A DNA stretch of 64,000 nucleotides from Rhodomicrobium sp. (GTDB taxonomy: Bacteria > Pseudomonadota > Alphaproteobacteria > Rhizobiales > Rhodomicrobiaceae), in NCBI GenBank assembly GCA_052144215.1, contig JBKQQS010000019.1:1624-65623 (forward strand), written 5' to 3'. Below, in pieces: positions 10,328-21,488 of the stretch. Under the pieces are notes generated by a model that saw only the letters and a program-made list of their open reading frames with translations, did not search any database and was not told where the DNA came from. How positions within the stretch are numbered: position 1 is the first letter of the stretch; each line of letters begins with the position of its first letter. The position numbers were made by a program, and so were the translations under genes.

Positions 10328-10705
10328 ATGAGCCAAGTCAAATATACCAAGGATCACGAATACATCGCCGTGGAGGACGGCATCGGCACCGTTGGCATTA
10401 CGAACCACGCGCAGGAGAAGCTCGGGGACATAACTTTCGTCGAAACGCCGTCCGCGGGCAAGGAGCTGAAGCAAGGCGATACAGCGGGAGTTGTCGAGTC
10501 GGTAAAGGCGGCGAGCGACGTTTACACGCCGGTTAGCGGCACCGTCATCGAAGTCAACGAAGGTCTGAACGATAAGCCGGAGCTTGTGAACCAGGACGCG
10601 GAGGGCGCTGGGTGGTTCTTCAAAATTAAGCTATCGGCCCCGTCCGAACTCGGCGCGCTGATGGACCGGGACGCCTATCTCAGCTATGCGCAGGAGGACG
10701 CCTGA
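10328..10705 (+). CDS. gcvH: Glycine cleavage H protein
   Basis: KYTKDHEYI and lipoyl-lysine motif [16 protein letters not shown]. Confidence 0.96.
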   Translation: MSQVKYTKDHEYIAVEDGIGTVGITNHAQEKLGDITFVETPSAGKELKQGDTAGVVESVKAASDVYTPVSGTVIEVNEGLNDKPELVNQDAEGAGWFFKIKLSAPSELGALMDRDAYLSYAQEDA

Positions 10706-12048
10706 TGCGCTACCTTCCCCATAAAGATAGCGATAGGCGCGAGATGCTGGACGCCATCGGCGTAACGGGCATCGATGCGCTTTTCGCGGAGGTGCCGCCC
10801 TCCAAGCTTTTGCGCGAGCTGCCGGACTTGCCGCTGAAGCGGAGCGAGATGGCCGTAGAGCGCGCACTCGAAAGCCTTGCCGCGCGGAACGTTCCGGCGG
10901 GGTCCGTGCCGTTCTTTGCCGGCTGCGGGGCCTACAAGCATCACGTGCCGGCGACCGTCGATGCCATCATTCAGCGGTCCGAGTTCATGACCGCTTACAC
11001 GCCCTATCAGCCGGAGATTGCGCAGGGCACGCTGCAATATCTCTTCGAGTTTCAAAGCCAGGTTGCCGCGCTGACCGGCATGGAGGTTGCCAATGCCTCC
11101 ATGTATGACGGCTCGACCGCCGCTGCCGAAGCGGTTCTGATGGCGCACCGGCTCACAAAGCGGAGCAAAGCTGTCCTCGCGGGCGGGCTGCATCCGCACT
11201 ACCGCGCGGTGATCGAGACGATCTCGCATTATTCGGGGCACCAGGTTGAGGGCGCCGCGGCCGGCCCCGCTCAGAGTTTCGAAGCGGAATGCGATAGCGA
11301 AACCTCCTGCGTTGTGGTGCAGATGCCGGATGTCTTTGGGCGCGTGAGCGACCTGACGGCCTTGGCTGCCAAGACTCACGCAGCAGGCGCACTGCTCGTC
11401 GTGGTTGTAACGGAGGCCGTCTCCTTCGGCGCCTTGAAATCGCCCGGTGCGATGGGCGCCGATATCGTCGCTGCAGAGGGCCAATCGATCGGGAACGGAC
11501 TCAATTTCGGCGGGCCCTATTTGGGGCTGTTTGCGACGCGGCAGAAGTTTCTGCGGCAAATGCCGGGGCGGCTGTGCGGCCAAACGGCCGATCGCGAGGG
11601 GCGGCGCGGCTTCGTTCTGACGCTTTCCACGCGCGAGCAGCATATCCGCCGCGAGAAGGCGACCAGCAATATTTGCACGAACTCCGGTCTCTGCGCGCTG
11701 GCGTTTACGGCGCATTTGACGCTTCTCGGCGAGGCCGGACTGCGCAAGCTTGGCAGCTTGAACCATGCGAGCGCGGTGGTGCTGGCGGATGCGCTGGCGC
11801 AGGTTTCCGGCGTCGAAATTATCACGCCGCATTTCTTCAACGAGTTTGCGATCGAGACGCCGAAGCCCGGCGCCGAAGTCATCGATAGACTGGCGGACCG
11901 CGGCGTCATCGGCGGCGTTCCTGCGAGCCGGCTTTGGCCGAACGACGCATCGCTCGCGAACCTTATCATCGTTGCCGCGACCGAAGTGACAACCGAAAAC
12001 GATATCGCCGCCTATCGGGGCGCGCTGAGCGAGGTTCTCCATGGTTGA
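10705..12048 (+). CDS. gcvPA: Glycine dehydrogenase subunit 1
   Basis: [23 protein letters not shown] and [17 protein letters not shown] motifs. Confidence 0.95.
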   Translation: MRYLPHKDSDRREMLDAIGVTGIDALFAEVPPSKLLRELPDLPLKRSEMAVERALESLAARNVPAGSVPFFAGCGAYKHHVPATVDAIIQRSEFMTAYTPYQPEIAQGTLQYLFEFQSQVAALTGMEVANASMYDGSTAAAEAVLMAHRLTKRSKAVLAGGLHPHYRAVIETISHYSGHQVEGAAAGPAQSFEAECDSETSCVVVQMPDVFGRVSDLTALAAKTHAAGALLVVVVTEAVSFGALKSPGAMGADIVAAEGQSIGNGLNFGGPYLGLFATRQKFLRQMPGRLCGQTADREGRRGFVLTLSTREQHIRREKATSNICTNSGLCALAFTAHLTLLGEAGLRKLGSLNHASAVVLADALAQVSGVEIITPHFFNEFAIETPKPGAEVIDRLADRGVIGGVPASRLWPNDASLANLIIVAATEVTTENDIAAYRGALSEVLHG

Positions 12049-13603
12049 GATGCCGAAGGAATTTGTGCCAGTTAAAGTGGAAACCATGGGCGAACCGCAG
12101 ACATTCACCGGCAACCGGGGCCTCGCAATCGAGGAGCCGCTCATTTTCGAGATCGGCTCGCCTGAGACGTCGGGAGTGGATTTCGAAAGCGTGCCGGCCG
12201 TGGAATCGCGGCTTGGCGGTCTCGAGCGCAGCGAGCCCATCGGCCTGCCCGGCCTCTCGGAACCGGAGACGGTCCGCCATTATGTCCGTTTGAGCCAGAA
12301 AAACTACTCCATCGACACGGGTATCTTTCCGCTCGGCTCCTGCACCATGAAACACAACCCGCGTCTCAACGAGAAGATGGCGCGGCTGGCAGGTTTCGCC
12401 GATATCCATCCCTTACAGCCGGAGAAAACCGTGCAAGGAGCGCTCGCGCTCATGCAGGAGCTAAGCCGCTGGCTGCTGGAACTCACCGGAATGCACGCGG
12501 TTGCGCTTTCGCCGAAAGCTGGCGCCCATGGCGAGCTTTGCGGCATGGCCGCGATCCGCGCCGCGCTTGAGGCGCGGGGGGAAGCGGACGTGCGGCGTAC
12601 CGTTCTTGTTCCCGATTCCGCCCATGGAACGAACCCGGCAACGGCCGCCCTCCTTGGTTTCAACGTCCGCGCTGTTGCGGCGCGCGCGGACGGCACGGTC
12701 AGCGCCGAAGCGGTGCGCGGGAAGCTCGGCCCGGACGTCGCCGCTATGATGCTGACGAACCCGAACACCTGCGGGATGTTCGAGCCGGAGGTCGTGGAGA
12801 TTGCCGCGGCACTTCACGAAGCTGGCGCCTATCTCTATTGCGACGGCGCAAATTTTAACGCCATTGCGGGCAAGGTGAGGCCCGGCGATCTCGGCGTCGA
12901 TGCCATGCACATCAATCTTCACAAGACGTTCTCCACCCCCCATGGCGGCGGCGGTCCCGGCTCGGGCCCTGTGGTGCTGAGCCAAGCGCTGGCGCCCTTC
13001 GCGCCCGTTCCCTTCGTCGCTAAAGAGGGCGAGGGCCTGACGCTCGCCGAGCACGCCGGCGCAGCAGGCGAAACGGCGCGCCCCTTTGGCAGACTCGCTG
13101 CCTTCCATGGGCAGATGGGCATGTTCGTGCGCGCACTGGCCTATATGATGAGCCACGGCGCGGACGGCATACGTCAAGCCTCCGAGGACGCGGTTTTGAA
13201 CGCGAACTATGTCCGCGCGCGCTTGGCCGGCGCACTCTCGCAGCCCTTCGGAGACCGGCCTTGCATGCACGAAGTGCTTTTCGACGACCGGTTTTTGAAA
13301 GGAACGGGCGTCTCGACGCTCGACTTTGCCAAAGCGCTCATCGATGAGGGCTTCCATCCGATGACGGTCTATTTCCCGCTGGTCGTATCGGGCGCCATGC
13401 TTGTGGAGCCGACGGAGTCGGAGTCCAAACAAAGCCTCGATCTGTTTATCGATGCGATCCGCAAGCTGGCCGGAGCGGCAATATCGGGCGATACCGGCCG
13501 CTTTTCTGCCGCGCCGCGTTTTGCGCCCCGTGAGCGTTTGGACGAGACCCGCGCCGCCCGCGAGCCAATCCTTACGTATAAGCCGCCTCTTCCGGCGGCC
13601 TGA
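12041..13603 (+). CDS. gcvPB: Glycine dehydrogenase subunit 2
   Basis: [22 protein letters not shown] and PLP-lysine motif [21 protein letters not shown]. Confidence 0.95.
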   Translation: MVEMPKEFVPVKVETMGEPQTFTGNRGLAIEEPLIFEIGSPETSGVDFESVPAVESRLGGLERSEPIGLPGLSEPETVRHYVRLSQKNYSIDTGIFPLGSCTMKHNPRLNEKMARLAGFADIHPLQPEKTVQGALALMQELSRWLLELTGMHAVALSPKAGAHGELCGMAAIRAALEARGEADVRRTVLVPDSAHGTNPATAALLGFNVRAVAARADGTVSAEAVRGKLGPDVAAMMLTNPNTCGMFEPEVVEIAAALHEAGAYLYCDGANFNAIAGKVRPGDLGVDAMHINLHKTFSTPHGGGGPGSGPVVLSQALAPFAPVPFVAKEGEGLTLAEHAGAAGETARPFGRLAAFHGQMGMFVRALAYMMSHGADGIRQASEDAVLNANYVRARLAGALSQPFGDRPCMHEVLFDDRFLKGTGVSTLDFAKALIDEGFHPMTVYFPLVVSGAMLVEPTESESKQSLDLFIDAIRKLAGAAISGDTGRFSAAPRFAPRERLDETRAAREPILTYKPPLPAA

Positions 13604-13669
13604 GGACGGCGGGGAAGCCAGGTTACTCCGGCGGGCCGCCGGCCGGCCTCTTCTATGCGGGGGCTGGCT

Positions 13670-13873
13670 TTACTGCGAAGCCGGTTTTTGAGAAGCGCAG
13701 CCCCACACCGCAAGAAGCGAGGACTTGTTCATACAGTCGATAGCGTTCTCTTTTGCAGGAGGGGCGGGGGCGTTCAACTGCTCCTGCGGGCCAGCCGGAT
13801 CCTGTGCCTGCCCGCCAGCGCAAGCCGATAGCAATATCAAGGGCAACAGCATTGAAAAAGAAACACGGACCAT
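13670..13873 (-). CDS. Small predicted lipoprotein
   Basis: Hydrophobic signal ending in lipobox LSAC; mature part has two further Cys. Confidence 0.5.
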   Translation of the reverse strand: MVRVSFSMLLPLILLSACAGGQAQDPAGPQEQLNAPAPPAKENAIDCMNKSSLLAVWGCASQKPASQ

Positions 13874-14033
13874 GGCACCGCCTCCGTGCGAGAATTGCGA
13901 ATCGGCAGGAATTTACTAGCAGCTAAGCTATGTTTCGCTCAATCGCGTAATTGTATCTGAAATGGGAATCCCTACCGGTGCACCTGCCGCGCAACGCTGC
14001 ACATCCGCTCTGGAGCGGCGTGCGTCAACACCA

Positions 14034-14123
14034 TCATTGCGAGCGCAGCGAAGAGCAATCCAGAACTAACGCTATGAAACGTCTGTGGATCGCCGCGGCG
14101 GCTAAAGCCGCCTCGCGATGACG
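14034..14123. repeat. Intergenic palindromic element (RPE/RIME-like), copy 2
   Basis: tcattgcgagcgcagcgaagagcaatcca ... tggatcgccgcggcggctaaagccgcctcgcgatgacg. Confidence 0.75.
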
Positions 14124-14150
14124 CCCCCGTCCGATTAAAGGCGCGAGGCT

Positions 14151-14966
14151 CTAAATCCCAGCTTCCTCCAACGATACCGGCGCTTGCCTTGGCTCACCCG
14201 AGAACAGCGCCTTCACTCCGGGCTTCAGGAACTTGGCGAAAACGGTGTAGGGAACCGTGACGTGGAAATCCCTGCCCGCATAAGGGCCGGATGCCGGTGG
14301 CGGGAAATGGATCGTGAGCCCTGCGGCGTTTCCTAGCTTGGTTGAGGGACACAAGGTGAAGCGCTCGTAAACGCTGAGGTCCGGCCTTGTGAAGTCGACA
14401 AGAGCTTCGCTTTCCTCTTCGCCTTCCTCGCCGGTCCGGTCCCTCAGATCGGCGCGCGCATAAGCCGCCAGCGCTTCCAAGGCCTTCGACCTATCGGCTG
14501 CACCTTCGAGTATATCGCTGAGTCCCAGCTCGCGGTTTGCCTCCTTGTCGAAGTTTACCGTTCTGAATTCTATCGCGGGCTGTGCGCCGGCTTGAACCAC
14601 GCTAGCCACCTCAAGATAGCTTACAAACTTAAGCGTCCTGAATTGCTCGATAAATCCGGCAGACTGCAGGTAGGGCGTCCAAGGGACCGATTCTTCGTCC
14701 TGAGGCCTTGCTGCTGCGTCTTGCTCCGCGCCTTTGAGGAACTCGGCCATTTCGGCCTTGGCGCGGGCAGTAAGAAGATTGAAAAGCGCCTCATCGCGGC
14801 GTTTCATATGGATCGGAAACGACGATTTCGCATAGCCGAATTTTGTTTCTTGGCGGAAGGTCACGGTGCGGCTGGCATCGGAGCCTGCAATCGAGAAGCC
14901 GATGCAAGCGCAGATAGCCCAGATGCAGAGGGCCGCCGGAGAAACGAGCGGTTTGAGCGTCTTCAT
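14151..14966 (-). CDS. Exported DUF3298/RsiV-like protein
   Basis: N-terminal signal/TM segment from the ATG at 14966. C-terminal GLTIHFPPPASGPYAGRDFHVTVPY resembles the DUF3298 pattern. Confidence 0.55.
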   Translation of the reverse strand: MKTLKPLVSPAALCIWAICACIGFSIAGSDASRTVTFRQETKFGYAKSSFPIHMKRRDEALFNLLTARAKAEMAEFLKGAEQDAAARPQDEESVPWTPYLQSAGFIEQFRTLKFVSYLEVASVVQAGAQPAIEFRTVNFDKEANRELGLSDILEGAADRSKALEALAAYARADLRDRTGEEGEEESEALVDFTRPDLSVYERFTLCPSTKLGNAAGLTIHFPPPASGPYAGRDFHVTVPYTVFAKFLKPGVKALFSGEPRQAPVSLEEAGI

Positions 14967-14973
14967 TTTCTTA

Positions 14974-15597
14974 TCATAGCGGCTTTTGCACGACGGCGCG
15001 AACGACAGCAGCGCGGCCCTTATGCCGGTGCCCCTCGTCGAGCTCCACCTCCGCTTCTTCGAGAAGCAGAATCGAAGCATTGGCGAAATCGGCTTCGAGC
15101 TTGGCCTTCGAGGAGAGCATATCGGCGGTTCTGGGTCCGCCCGAATGATGGAGCTTCTGGTATTCCATCTGCTCGATGCGGAAAGCCTCGAAGATGATGA
15201 TCCCGCCGGGCTTCAGCGCGTCCAGCATCGCGCGGTGCATGCGCGGCCGGACGGCGTCGAAAAAATGAATGTAGAGGGCGGCGACGAGGTCGTAGCGCTC
15301 GCGCGGCCAGTCCCAATCGAGAAGGTCTGCGATTTCAGCGTTGATCTCGACGCCGCGCGCTCTTGCCAGCTCGCGCGCTTTGGCAACGCCGACGGGCGAG
15401 ACATCGACCGTATCGGCGATCAGACCCCGCTGCGCCAGCCAAACGCCGTTCCGTCCCTCGCCATCGCCCGGCACGAGCACGCGCAGGCCCGGCTTGAGAT
15501 GGTGAGCTTGCGACGCGAGGAACGCATTGGGTTCCGTGCCGAAGGAGAAGCCCTCGCCGCGATAGCGCTCGTCCCAAAATTCCGCCTGGCTGGTCAT
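14974..15597 (-). CDS. Class I SAM-dependent methyltransferase (TehB-like)
   Basis: FWDERY...FGTEPNAFL, SAM motif VLVPGDGEGRNGVWLA, DVS. Confidence 0.88.
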   Translation of the reverse strand: MTSQAEFWDERYRGEGFSFGTEPNAFLASQAHHLKPGLRVLVPGDGEGRNGVWLAQRGLIADTVDVSPVGVAKARELARARGVEINAEIADLLDWDWPRERYDLVAALYIHFFDAVRPRMHRAMLDALKPGGIIIFEAFRIEQMEYQKLHHSGGPRTADMLSSKAKLEADFANASILLLEEAEVELDEGHRHKGRAAVVRAVVQKPL

Positions 15598-15649
15598 TTT
15601 TGCTCTCTGAGTACCTGATCGCCTCGCGCTCGTTATATAGCCGTTAATC

Positions 15650-15787
15650 TCATTTTTTCGATGTCTGGCGGCGGAGTCTGGCGGCGTATCTTCTGGCCTG
15701 TGCTTCGCCCTATTGCTTGCGGGTATGGCGGACGATCTCGCGTAATTCGGCTTCGGCGGCAGGGTGAAAAACGAAGGCGGCGTTCAA
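15650..15787 (-). pseudogene. ParE/RelE-type toxin remnant with in-frame stop, truncated
   Basis: TTG overlaps the antitoxin stop (TTGA). Reads MNAAFVFHPAAEAELREIVRHTRKQ*GEAQARRYAARL, with TAG at 15712-15710 where ParE has Trp (WG.AQA.RY). Ends after 45 codons. Confidence 0.75.
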
Positions 15788-16038
15788 GCCGCGCCGCCTG
15801 CGCGAAGCTCTTCGTCAACGATCTCGTCGAAGGTTTTGCTGGAAACGGCACCGGCAGAGCTTTCCGCGATCCTCTGTTCAACGAGGGTTTGCAAATCCGC
15901 CCAAGCTTGTTCTTCGTCCGATGCGGGCGGGAATAATTTCTCAAGCGCATATTGCTTGATGGTTTTGCCCTGAAGCGCGGCCGTGGCTTTGAGGGTCTGG
16001 TGCTGTTGTTCGGTGATATCGATGGTCAGACGGCTCAT
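15784..16038 (-). CDS. Type II antitoxin (ParD/DUF1778-like, RHH)
   Basis: MSRLTIDITEQQHQTLKATAALQGKTIKQYALEKL matches the antitoxin family paired with ParE toxins; GAGG RBS. Confidence 0.82.
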   Translation of the reverse strand: MSRLTIDITEQQHQTLKATAALQGKTIKQYALEKLFPPASDEEQAWADLQTLVEQRIAESSAGAVSSKTFDEIVDEELRAGGAA

Positions 16039-16060
16039 AGCGATCCTCTTCTGGAAGCCC

Positions 16061-16080
16061 CCACATTATTACAAATGTGG
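16061..16080. promoter_or_regulatory. Palindromic operator upstream of the antitoxin
   Basis: Perfect inverted repeat CCACATT-N6-AATGTGG about 22 nt upstream of the start, overlapping a TAATAAT -10-like element. Confidence 0.55.
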
Positions 16081-16444
16081 ATTTGCGTCCATCCGTTAGC
16101 GGGCGGGGCCGGAGGACTGCGCGCCTCGTGCCGCTCCGTGAGACTGTGCGCAAAAACTTCGAGCACGTGAAGCCGTTTCCCGGAGGCCAGCCGTCCGAGC
16201 TTGAGCCCCAACGCTTCGACTACTCTTTTCGGTTCATCGCGGACGCGTGGCCAATGGCCCGCGGTGAGTTTTGACTCCAAGGCGACTTTCGAACCCTGCT
16301 TGTGCTCAGATTAGGTAGCTTCGCACCGTTGGGCCAGAGTGCAGGTGCATATTTCATCACTGCGGCTCGCTTAGCGGAACCAAACGGCTATAACTGTCGA
16401 TGCGGACCGCATAGCCTATCCCCCAAGAAGCAGGAGCTAGAACC

Positions 16445-17707
16445 ATGGCCGGCATGACCATAACGCAAGCGGCAATTTGGGGGATCGCTGCTATTGCGAC
16501 TGGCGGTGTCATCGTCCGGCCGCGGGGGTGGCCGGAGGCCATCTGGGCGGTTCTCGGGGCAGCGGCGCTCGTCCTTCTTGCGCTTTTACCCTGGCATGAC
16601 GCGCTCGCGGCCGTCGTCAAAGGCACGGACGTTTATCTGTTCCTGACAGGGATGATGCTGCTCGCGGAACTCGCCCGGCGCGAGGGACTTTTCGATTGGC
16701 TGGCCGCGCACGCGGCGGAGGCTGCGAAAGGCTCGGCGTCCAGGCTTTTCGGCCTCGTTTACATCGTCGGCATTGTTGTCACGGCGTTTCTCTCCAACGA
16801 TGCGACGGCGGTTGTGCTGACCCCGGCAGTCTACGCTGTAGCCAAAGCGGCAAATGCCAAGCCGCTGCCTTACCTCCTGATCTGCGCCTTTATCGCCAAC
16901 GCCGCGAGTTTCGTGCTGCCGATCTCCAATCCGGCAAATCTTGTGCTTTACAATAACAATATGCCTTCGCTACTGCCGTGGCTGAAGCAGTTTCTCCTGC
17001 CATCCGTGATGTCGATCCTTGCGACCTATGTCGCGCTCCGATGGCTCTACCGCCGGGAGCTTCGAGGTGAGATCGCAAGGAACGTCGAGGTCCCCTGTCT
17101 CACGCGCGGGGGCCGTTACACGGCCTATGGACTTGGTGCGACGGCGACCGCGCTGCTCCTCGCGTCCGCCTTCGATATCCCGCTCGGCGCGCCGACTTTT
17201 GCCGCAGGTGCCGCGACCGCGCTCTTCGTTTTGGTGCTGAATCGCGAGGCACCATGGCCTTTGCTTGGCGGCGTATCCTGGGGCGTATTGCCGCTGGTAG
17301 CTGGCCTTTTCGTGCTTGTGGCAGGCATAAACAACACAGGCGCCATCGCGCAATTGTCTGGGCTTTTCCAATGGGGCTTGGAGCGGTCCGCGACAGAAAC
17401 CGCCTGGATCGCTGGAACCGTTTGGGCGCTCGCGACGAACCTTATGAATAATCTGCCGGCCGGTCTCGTCGCGGAGTCGGCAATCGCTCCTGTCCATGTC
17501 CCGCCGGTTGTGACGGGTGCGCTCCTCGTAGGCGTCGATCTCGGGCCGAACCTGTCGGTCACCGGATCGCTTGCCACCATTCTGTGGCTTCTGGCGTTGC
17601 GGAGAGAGGGCGAGAGCATCGGCGCCGGCGACTTTCTGCGCATCGGCGCGCTGGTCATGCCGCCTGCGCTCATTCTAGCCCTTGGCGCTCTTATTCTTGC
17701 AAGCTGA
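16445..17707 (+). CDS. ArsB/NhaD-family ion (arsenite-type) transporter
   Basis: About 11-12 TM segments; LSNDATAVVLTP, ASFVLPISNPANL and GPNLSVTGSLATILW motifs. Confidence 0.82.
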   Translation: MAGMTITQAAIWGIAAIATGGVIVRPRGWPEAIWAVLGAAALVLLALLPWHDALAAVVKGTDVYLFLTGMMLLAELARREGLFDWLAAHAAEAAKGSASRLFGLVYIVGIVVTAFLSNDATAVVLTPAVYAVAKAANAKPLPYLLICAFIANAASFVLPISNPANLVLYNNNMPSLLPWLKQFLLPSVMSILATYVALRWLYRRELRGEIARNVEVPCLTRGGRYTAYGLGATATALLLASAFDIPLGAPTFAAGAATALFVLVLNREAPWPLLGGVSWGVLPLVAGLFVLVAGINNTGAIAQLSGLFQWGLERSATETAWIAGTVWALATNLMNNLPAGLVAESAIAPVHVPPVVTGALLVGVDLGPNLSVTGSLATILWLLALRREGESIGAGDFLRIGALVMPPALILALGALILAS

Positions 17708-17804
17708 CATTCTTCTATCGCCTGAGATGATGCGGACCCAATTCAACCCGGGCGGCTTCCTTATCGCAGGCGCTGCAGTCCACCGATCGAAGAGAGGATA
17801 ATTA

Positions 17805-19145
17805 ATGGAACAGACGGCCAGCGGCGGTACGTCCATGGACACAGCCGCGACGCTCTCGGCGAAACCACAGTTGGAATCTCTGGCCGTGGTGAGGGCCGGC
17901 GCGCCGGATGCTCGTGCCAGCAGGAACGGCTTCCGCCCTATCTCCCTCGATGCGGTCAATTTCCTTGCGGCCGACGTGCGCGGCGCGGTCGGGCCTTATC
18001 TCAATGTCTTCCTGGTCACCCAGCAGCATTGGAGTCAGTCCCAAGTTGGGCTGGTGACCATGATCGGCGGCCTGTGCGGGCTTGCTGTTCAGACCCCAAT
18101 CGGCGCCGCAATCGACGAAACTCGCTCCAAGAGGGGAGTTATCGTCCTCGCGCTTGCCGTGCTGGCGATCGCGGCCGTAGTCATCTTCGCTTGGCCCGTC
18201 TTCTGGCCGGTGCTGATCGCTAATAGCCTCATGGCCGTCGCCGGCGATGTCTTCGGTCCGGCGATTGCGGCCCTGACCTTGGGCCTTTACGCGCGAAAAC
18301 AACTAGCGCGGCGGATGGGCCGGAACTCGGCCTTCGACCATGCTGGCAACGTCGGGATCGCCTTGGTGGCGGGCGCGGCCGGCTATGCCTTCTCGCAGCG
18401 CGCCGTTTTCCTTTTGGTGCCGGTCTTCGCCCTTTTGACTGCGATTGCGGTACTGTCGATTCCCGCAAAGGCCATCGATTATAACCGGGCAAGAGACCTC
18501 GAGCCCGAACCAGGCGCTGTGGAGGGTCAGCCCAAGGTCGCCGGTTACAACATCCTGTTGGAATCCCGGCCGCTGGTTATCTTCGGCCTTTGCGTCATGC
18601 TTTTCCATCTCGCTAATGCGCCGCTGCTGCCGCTGGTGGGGCAGAAGCTCGCAGCCGCGTATCCAAAAGAGGCGACGGCCATGATGTCGGCCTGCATCGT
18701 CGCCGCACAGTTGGTCATGCTGCCAATCGCTCTCCTGGTGGGGTACAAGGCCGACATTTGGGGACGGAAGCCTCTGTTTCTCGCCGGGTTCGCCATCCTG
18801 CCCCTCCGCGCGGTGCTCTACACGCTCTCGGACAACAGCTTCTGGCTGGTCGGCGTCCAGCTGCTTGACGGCGTCGGCGCCGGAATTTTCGGCGCGCTCA
18901 CGCCCCTCGTGGTCGCCGACATCATGCGAGGCACGGGGCGCTACAATCTGGCCCTCGGGGCCGTCGCCACGGTCCAGGGGATCGGCGCGTCGGTGAGCGG
19001 GCTGGCCGCCGGTGAGATCGTCGATCATTTTGGATACTCAGCGACGTTCCTGTCGTTGGGTGCGGCGGCCGCAGTCGCGTTCGCCGTCTTCTTCCTGTTC
19101 ATGCCGGAAACTGCCGAGCAGGAGACGGTATCGCCGCAGTCTTGA
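17805..19145 (+). CDS. MFS transporter
   Basis: 12 TM segments; GAAIDETRSKR and GYKADIWGRK motif-A-like loops. Confidence 0.85.
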   Translation: MEQTASGGTSMDTAATLSAKPQLESLAVVRAGAPDARASRNGFRPISLDAVNFLAADVRGAVGPYLNVFLVTQQHWSQSQVGLVTMIGGLCGLAVQTPIGAAIDETRSKRGVIVLALAVLAIAAVVIFAWPVFWPVLIANSLMAVAGDVFGPAIAALTLGLYARKQLARRMGRNSAFDHAGNVGIALVAGAAGYAFSQRAVFLLVPVFALLTAIAVLSIPAKAIDYNRARDLEPEPGAVEGQPKVAGYNILLESRPLVIFGLCVMLFHLANAPLLPLVGQKLAAAYPKEATAMMSACIVAAQLVMLPIALLVGYKADIWGRKPLFLAGFAILPLRAVLYTLSDNSFWLVGVQLLDGVGAGIFGALTPLVVADIMRGTGRYNLALGAVATVQGIGASVSGLAAGEIVDHFGYSATFLSLGAAAAVAFAVFFLFMPETAEQETVSPQS

Positions 19146-19271
19146 GTCCGCAGTTGGCCCGAGGCGGAATCGGGTGCTTTGGCCGCTGCTGGAGAGAAGC
19201 GGCCGCAACACCACCCGGCAGTCGTTGGCAAAGCTGCGGAAGCCTGCCTGGCGACGGCGAACTGCTTGAGT

Positions 19272-21434
19272 TTACTCCGCCGCCTCTCGCTGCGCGTAGC
19301 CGAGATGGGCATTGAGCTTGGCGAGAAGATCGGCCGCTGCCTCCGCGATATTGGTGCCTGGGCCGAAGATTGCGACCGCACCCGCCTTTTGGAGCGAGTC
19401 GTAATCGTCCGGCGGAATGACCCCGCCAACGACGATCAGAATATCCGGCCGCCCTTGCTGCGCCAGTTCCTGCTTCAGCTCGGGCACGAGCGTGAGATGG
19501 CCCGCAGCCAGCGAGGATACGCCGATAATATGCACGTCGTTCTCGACAGCCTGCCGCGCCACCTCGGCCGGCGTTGCGAACAGCGCGCCGATGTCGACAT
19601 CGAAGCCAAGATCGGCGAAAGCCGAGGCGATCACCTTCTGCCCGCGGTCGTGACCGTCCTGGCCGACCTTCGCGACGAGGATACGCGGGCGGCGGCCCTC
19701 GTCTTTCTCGAACGCTTCGCACATCGCGATGACGCGGCGCACTTTTTCGTCCATTTGCCCGATCTCCTGGCGATAAACGCCTGAAATGGCGCGTGTTTCC
19801 GCGCGATGGCGGCCGAAGACCTTCTCAAGGGCCTCCGAAATCTCGCCGACCGTCGCTTTCGCGCGGGCAGCATTCACCGAAAGCTCCAAGAGATTGCCGC
19901 TGCCGCTTGCCGCCGCGGTGAGCGCGCAAAGCGCCGCCTCTACCGCCGCCGGGTCGCGCTCCGCCTTCAGCCGCTCCAGCTTCTCGATCTGGCGCGCGCG
20001 CACCGCGGAATTGTCGACCTTCAGCACCTCGACCGGCGCTTCGTCCTTCACCTGATATTTATTGATGCCGACGATCACCTGCTTGCCGCTATCGATCCGC
20101 GCCTGCGTGCGCGCGGCGGCTTCCTCGATGCGCAGCTTCGGCAGCCCTTGGCCGATGGCCTTTGCCATGCCGCCGAGCTTCTCGACCTCCTGGATGTGCC
20201 CCCAAGCTTTCTTGGCCAGCTCATAGGTCAGCCGCTCGACATAATAGCTTCCGCCCCAAGGATCGATGACGCGCGTTGTGCCGGTCTCGTATTCGATGAA
20301 AAGCTGCGTGTTGCGCGCGATGCGGGCGGAAAAGTCCGTGGGCAGGGCCAGCGCCTCGTCGAGCGCATTGGTATGCAGCGACTGCGTGCCGCCATGAGTC
20401 GCGGCAAACGCCTCCACACAGGTGCGCATGACATTGTTGAACACGTCCTGCGCGGTAAGCGACCAGCCGCTCGTCTGGCAATGGGCGCGCAGGCTCATGG
20501 ATTTGGTGCTTTTCGCGCCGAGGTCCCTCATGAGCCGCGCCCAAAGCGCGCGCGCCGCCCGCATTTTGGCGACTTCCATGAAGTAGTTCATGCCAATGGC
20601 CCAGAAGAACGACAGCCGCGGCGCAAACTTATCGATGTCGAGGCCCGCAGCCATGCCGGAGCGCACATATTCGACGCCATCGGCGAGCGTATAGGCTAGC
20701 TCAAGATCCGCCGTCGCGCCGGCTTCCTGCATGTGATAGCCGGAGATCGAGATTGAGTTGAACTTCGGCATCTTCGTGCTCGTATAGGCGAAGATGTCTG
20801 AGATGATGCGCATCGAGGGCAGGGGCGGATAGATATAGGTGTTCCGCACCATGAACTCTTTCAGGATGTCGTTCTGGATCGTGCCCGAAAGCTGTTCGGG
20901 CGGCACGCCCTGTTCCTCGCCCGCCACGATAAAGAGCGCCAGCACCGGCAGCACGGCGCCGTTCATGGTCATCGACACGCTCATGTCGGATAGCGGGATG
21001 CTATCGAATAAGGTGCGCATATCGTAGATCGAGTCGATGGCCACGCCCGCCATGCCGACGTCGCCCCGGACGCGGGGGTGGTCGCTATCGTAGCCGCGAT
21101 GCGTGGCGAGATCGAAGGCGACCGAAAGCCCCTTCTGGCCGGCGGCGAGATTGCGCCGGTAAAACGCGTTCGAGTCTTCCGCGGTGGAGAAGCCCGCATA
21201 TTGCCGGACCGTCCAGGGCTGCTGGACGTACATGGTCGGATAAGGGCCGCGCAGGAAGGGCGGCAAGCCCGGATAGGTGTTCAGAAAATCGAGGCCTTCG
21301 GCATCGGCTGGCCCGTATGCCGGTTTCAAAACGATGCCCTCGGGCGTTTCGAGCGGAAAGCCGCCTGCCTCTGCGTTCAGCCGCGGCGCCTGCCACTCGA
21401 CTTTGGAAAAATCCGGCACCGGAGATTGAGTCAT
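19272..21434 (-). CDS. scpA: Methylmalonyl-CoA mutase, large (catalytic) subunit
   Basis: [37 protein letters not shown] and B12-binding GQDGHDRG. Confidence 0.96.
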   Translation of the reverse strand: MTQSPVPDFSKVEWQAPRLNAEAGGFPLETPEGIVLKPAYGPADAEGLDFLNTYPGLPPFLRGPYPTMYVQQPWTVRQYAGFSTAEDSNAFYRRNLAAGQKGLSVAFDLATHRGYDSDHPRVRGDVGMAGVAIDSIYDMRTLFDSIPLSDMSVSMTMNGAVLPVLALFIVAGEEQGVPPEQLSGTIQNDILKEFMVRNTYIYPPLPSMRIISDIFAYTSTKMPKFNSISISGYHMQEAGATADLELAYTLADGVEYVRSGMAAGLDIDKFAPRLSFFWAIGMNYFMEVAKMRAARALWARLMRDLGAKSTKSMSLRAHCQTSGWSLTAQDVFNNVMRTCVEAFAATHGGTQSLHTNALDEALALPTDFSARIARNTQLFIEYETGTTRVIDPWGGSYYVERLTYELAKKAWGHIQEVEKLGGMAKAIGQGLPKLRIEEAAARTQARIDSGKQVIVGINKYQVKDEAPVEVLKVDNSAVRARQIEKLERLKAERDPAAVEAALCALTAAASGSGNLLELSVNAARAKATVGEISEALEKVFGRHRAETRAISGVYRQEIGQMDEKVRRVIAMCEAFEKDEGRRPRILVAKVGQDGHDRGQKVIASAFADLGFDVDIGALFATPAEVARQAVENDVHIIGVSSLAAGHLTLVPELKQELAQQGRPDILIVVGGVIPPDDYDSLQKAGAVAIFGPGTNIAEAAADLLAKLNAHLGYAQREAAE

Positions 21435-21488
21435 TCTCTATATTCCATCGTCTACGAGTCCCCAGGCTCATTCAACTATAGATGGGCG

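Noticed and set aside
10684-12240. 518-aa minus-strand ORF
   Set aside because: Antisense shadow of gcvPA with no motifs; an expected artefact of high-GC codon bias.
16035-16280. 81-aa ORF upstream of the antitoxin considered as a toxin
   Set aside because: No toxin motif; it spans the operator and promoter, and the real toxin remnant lies downstream.
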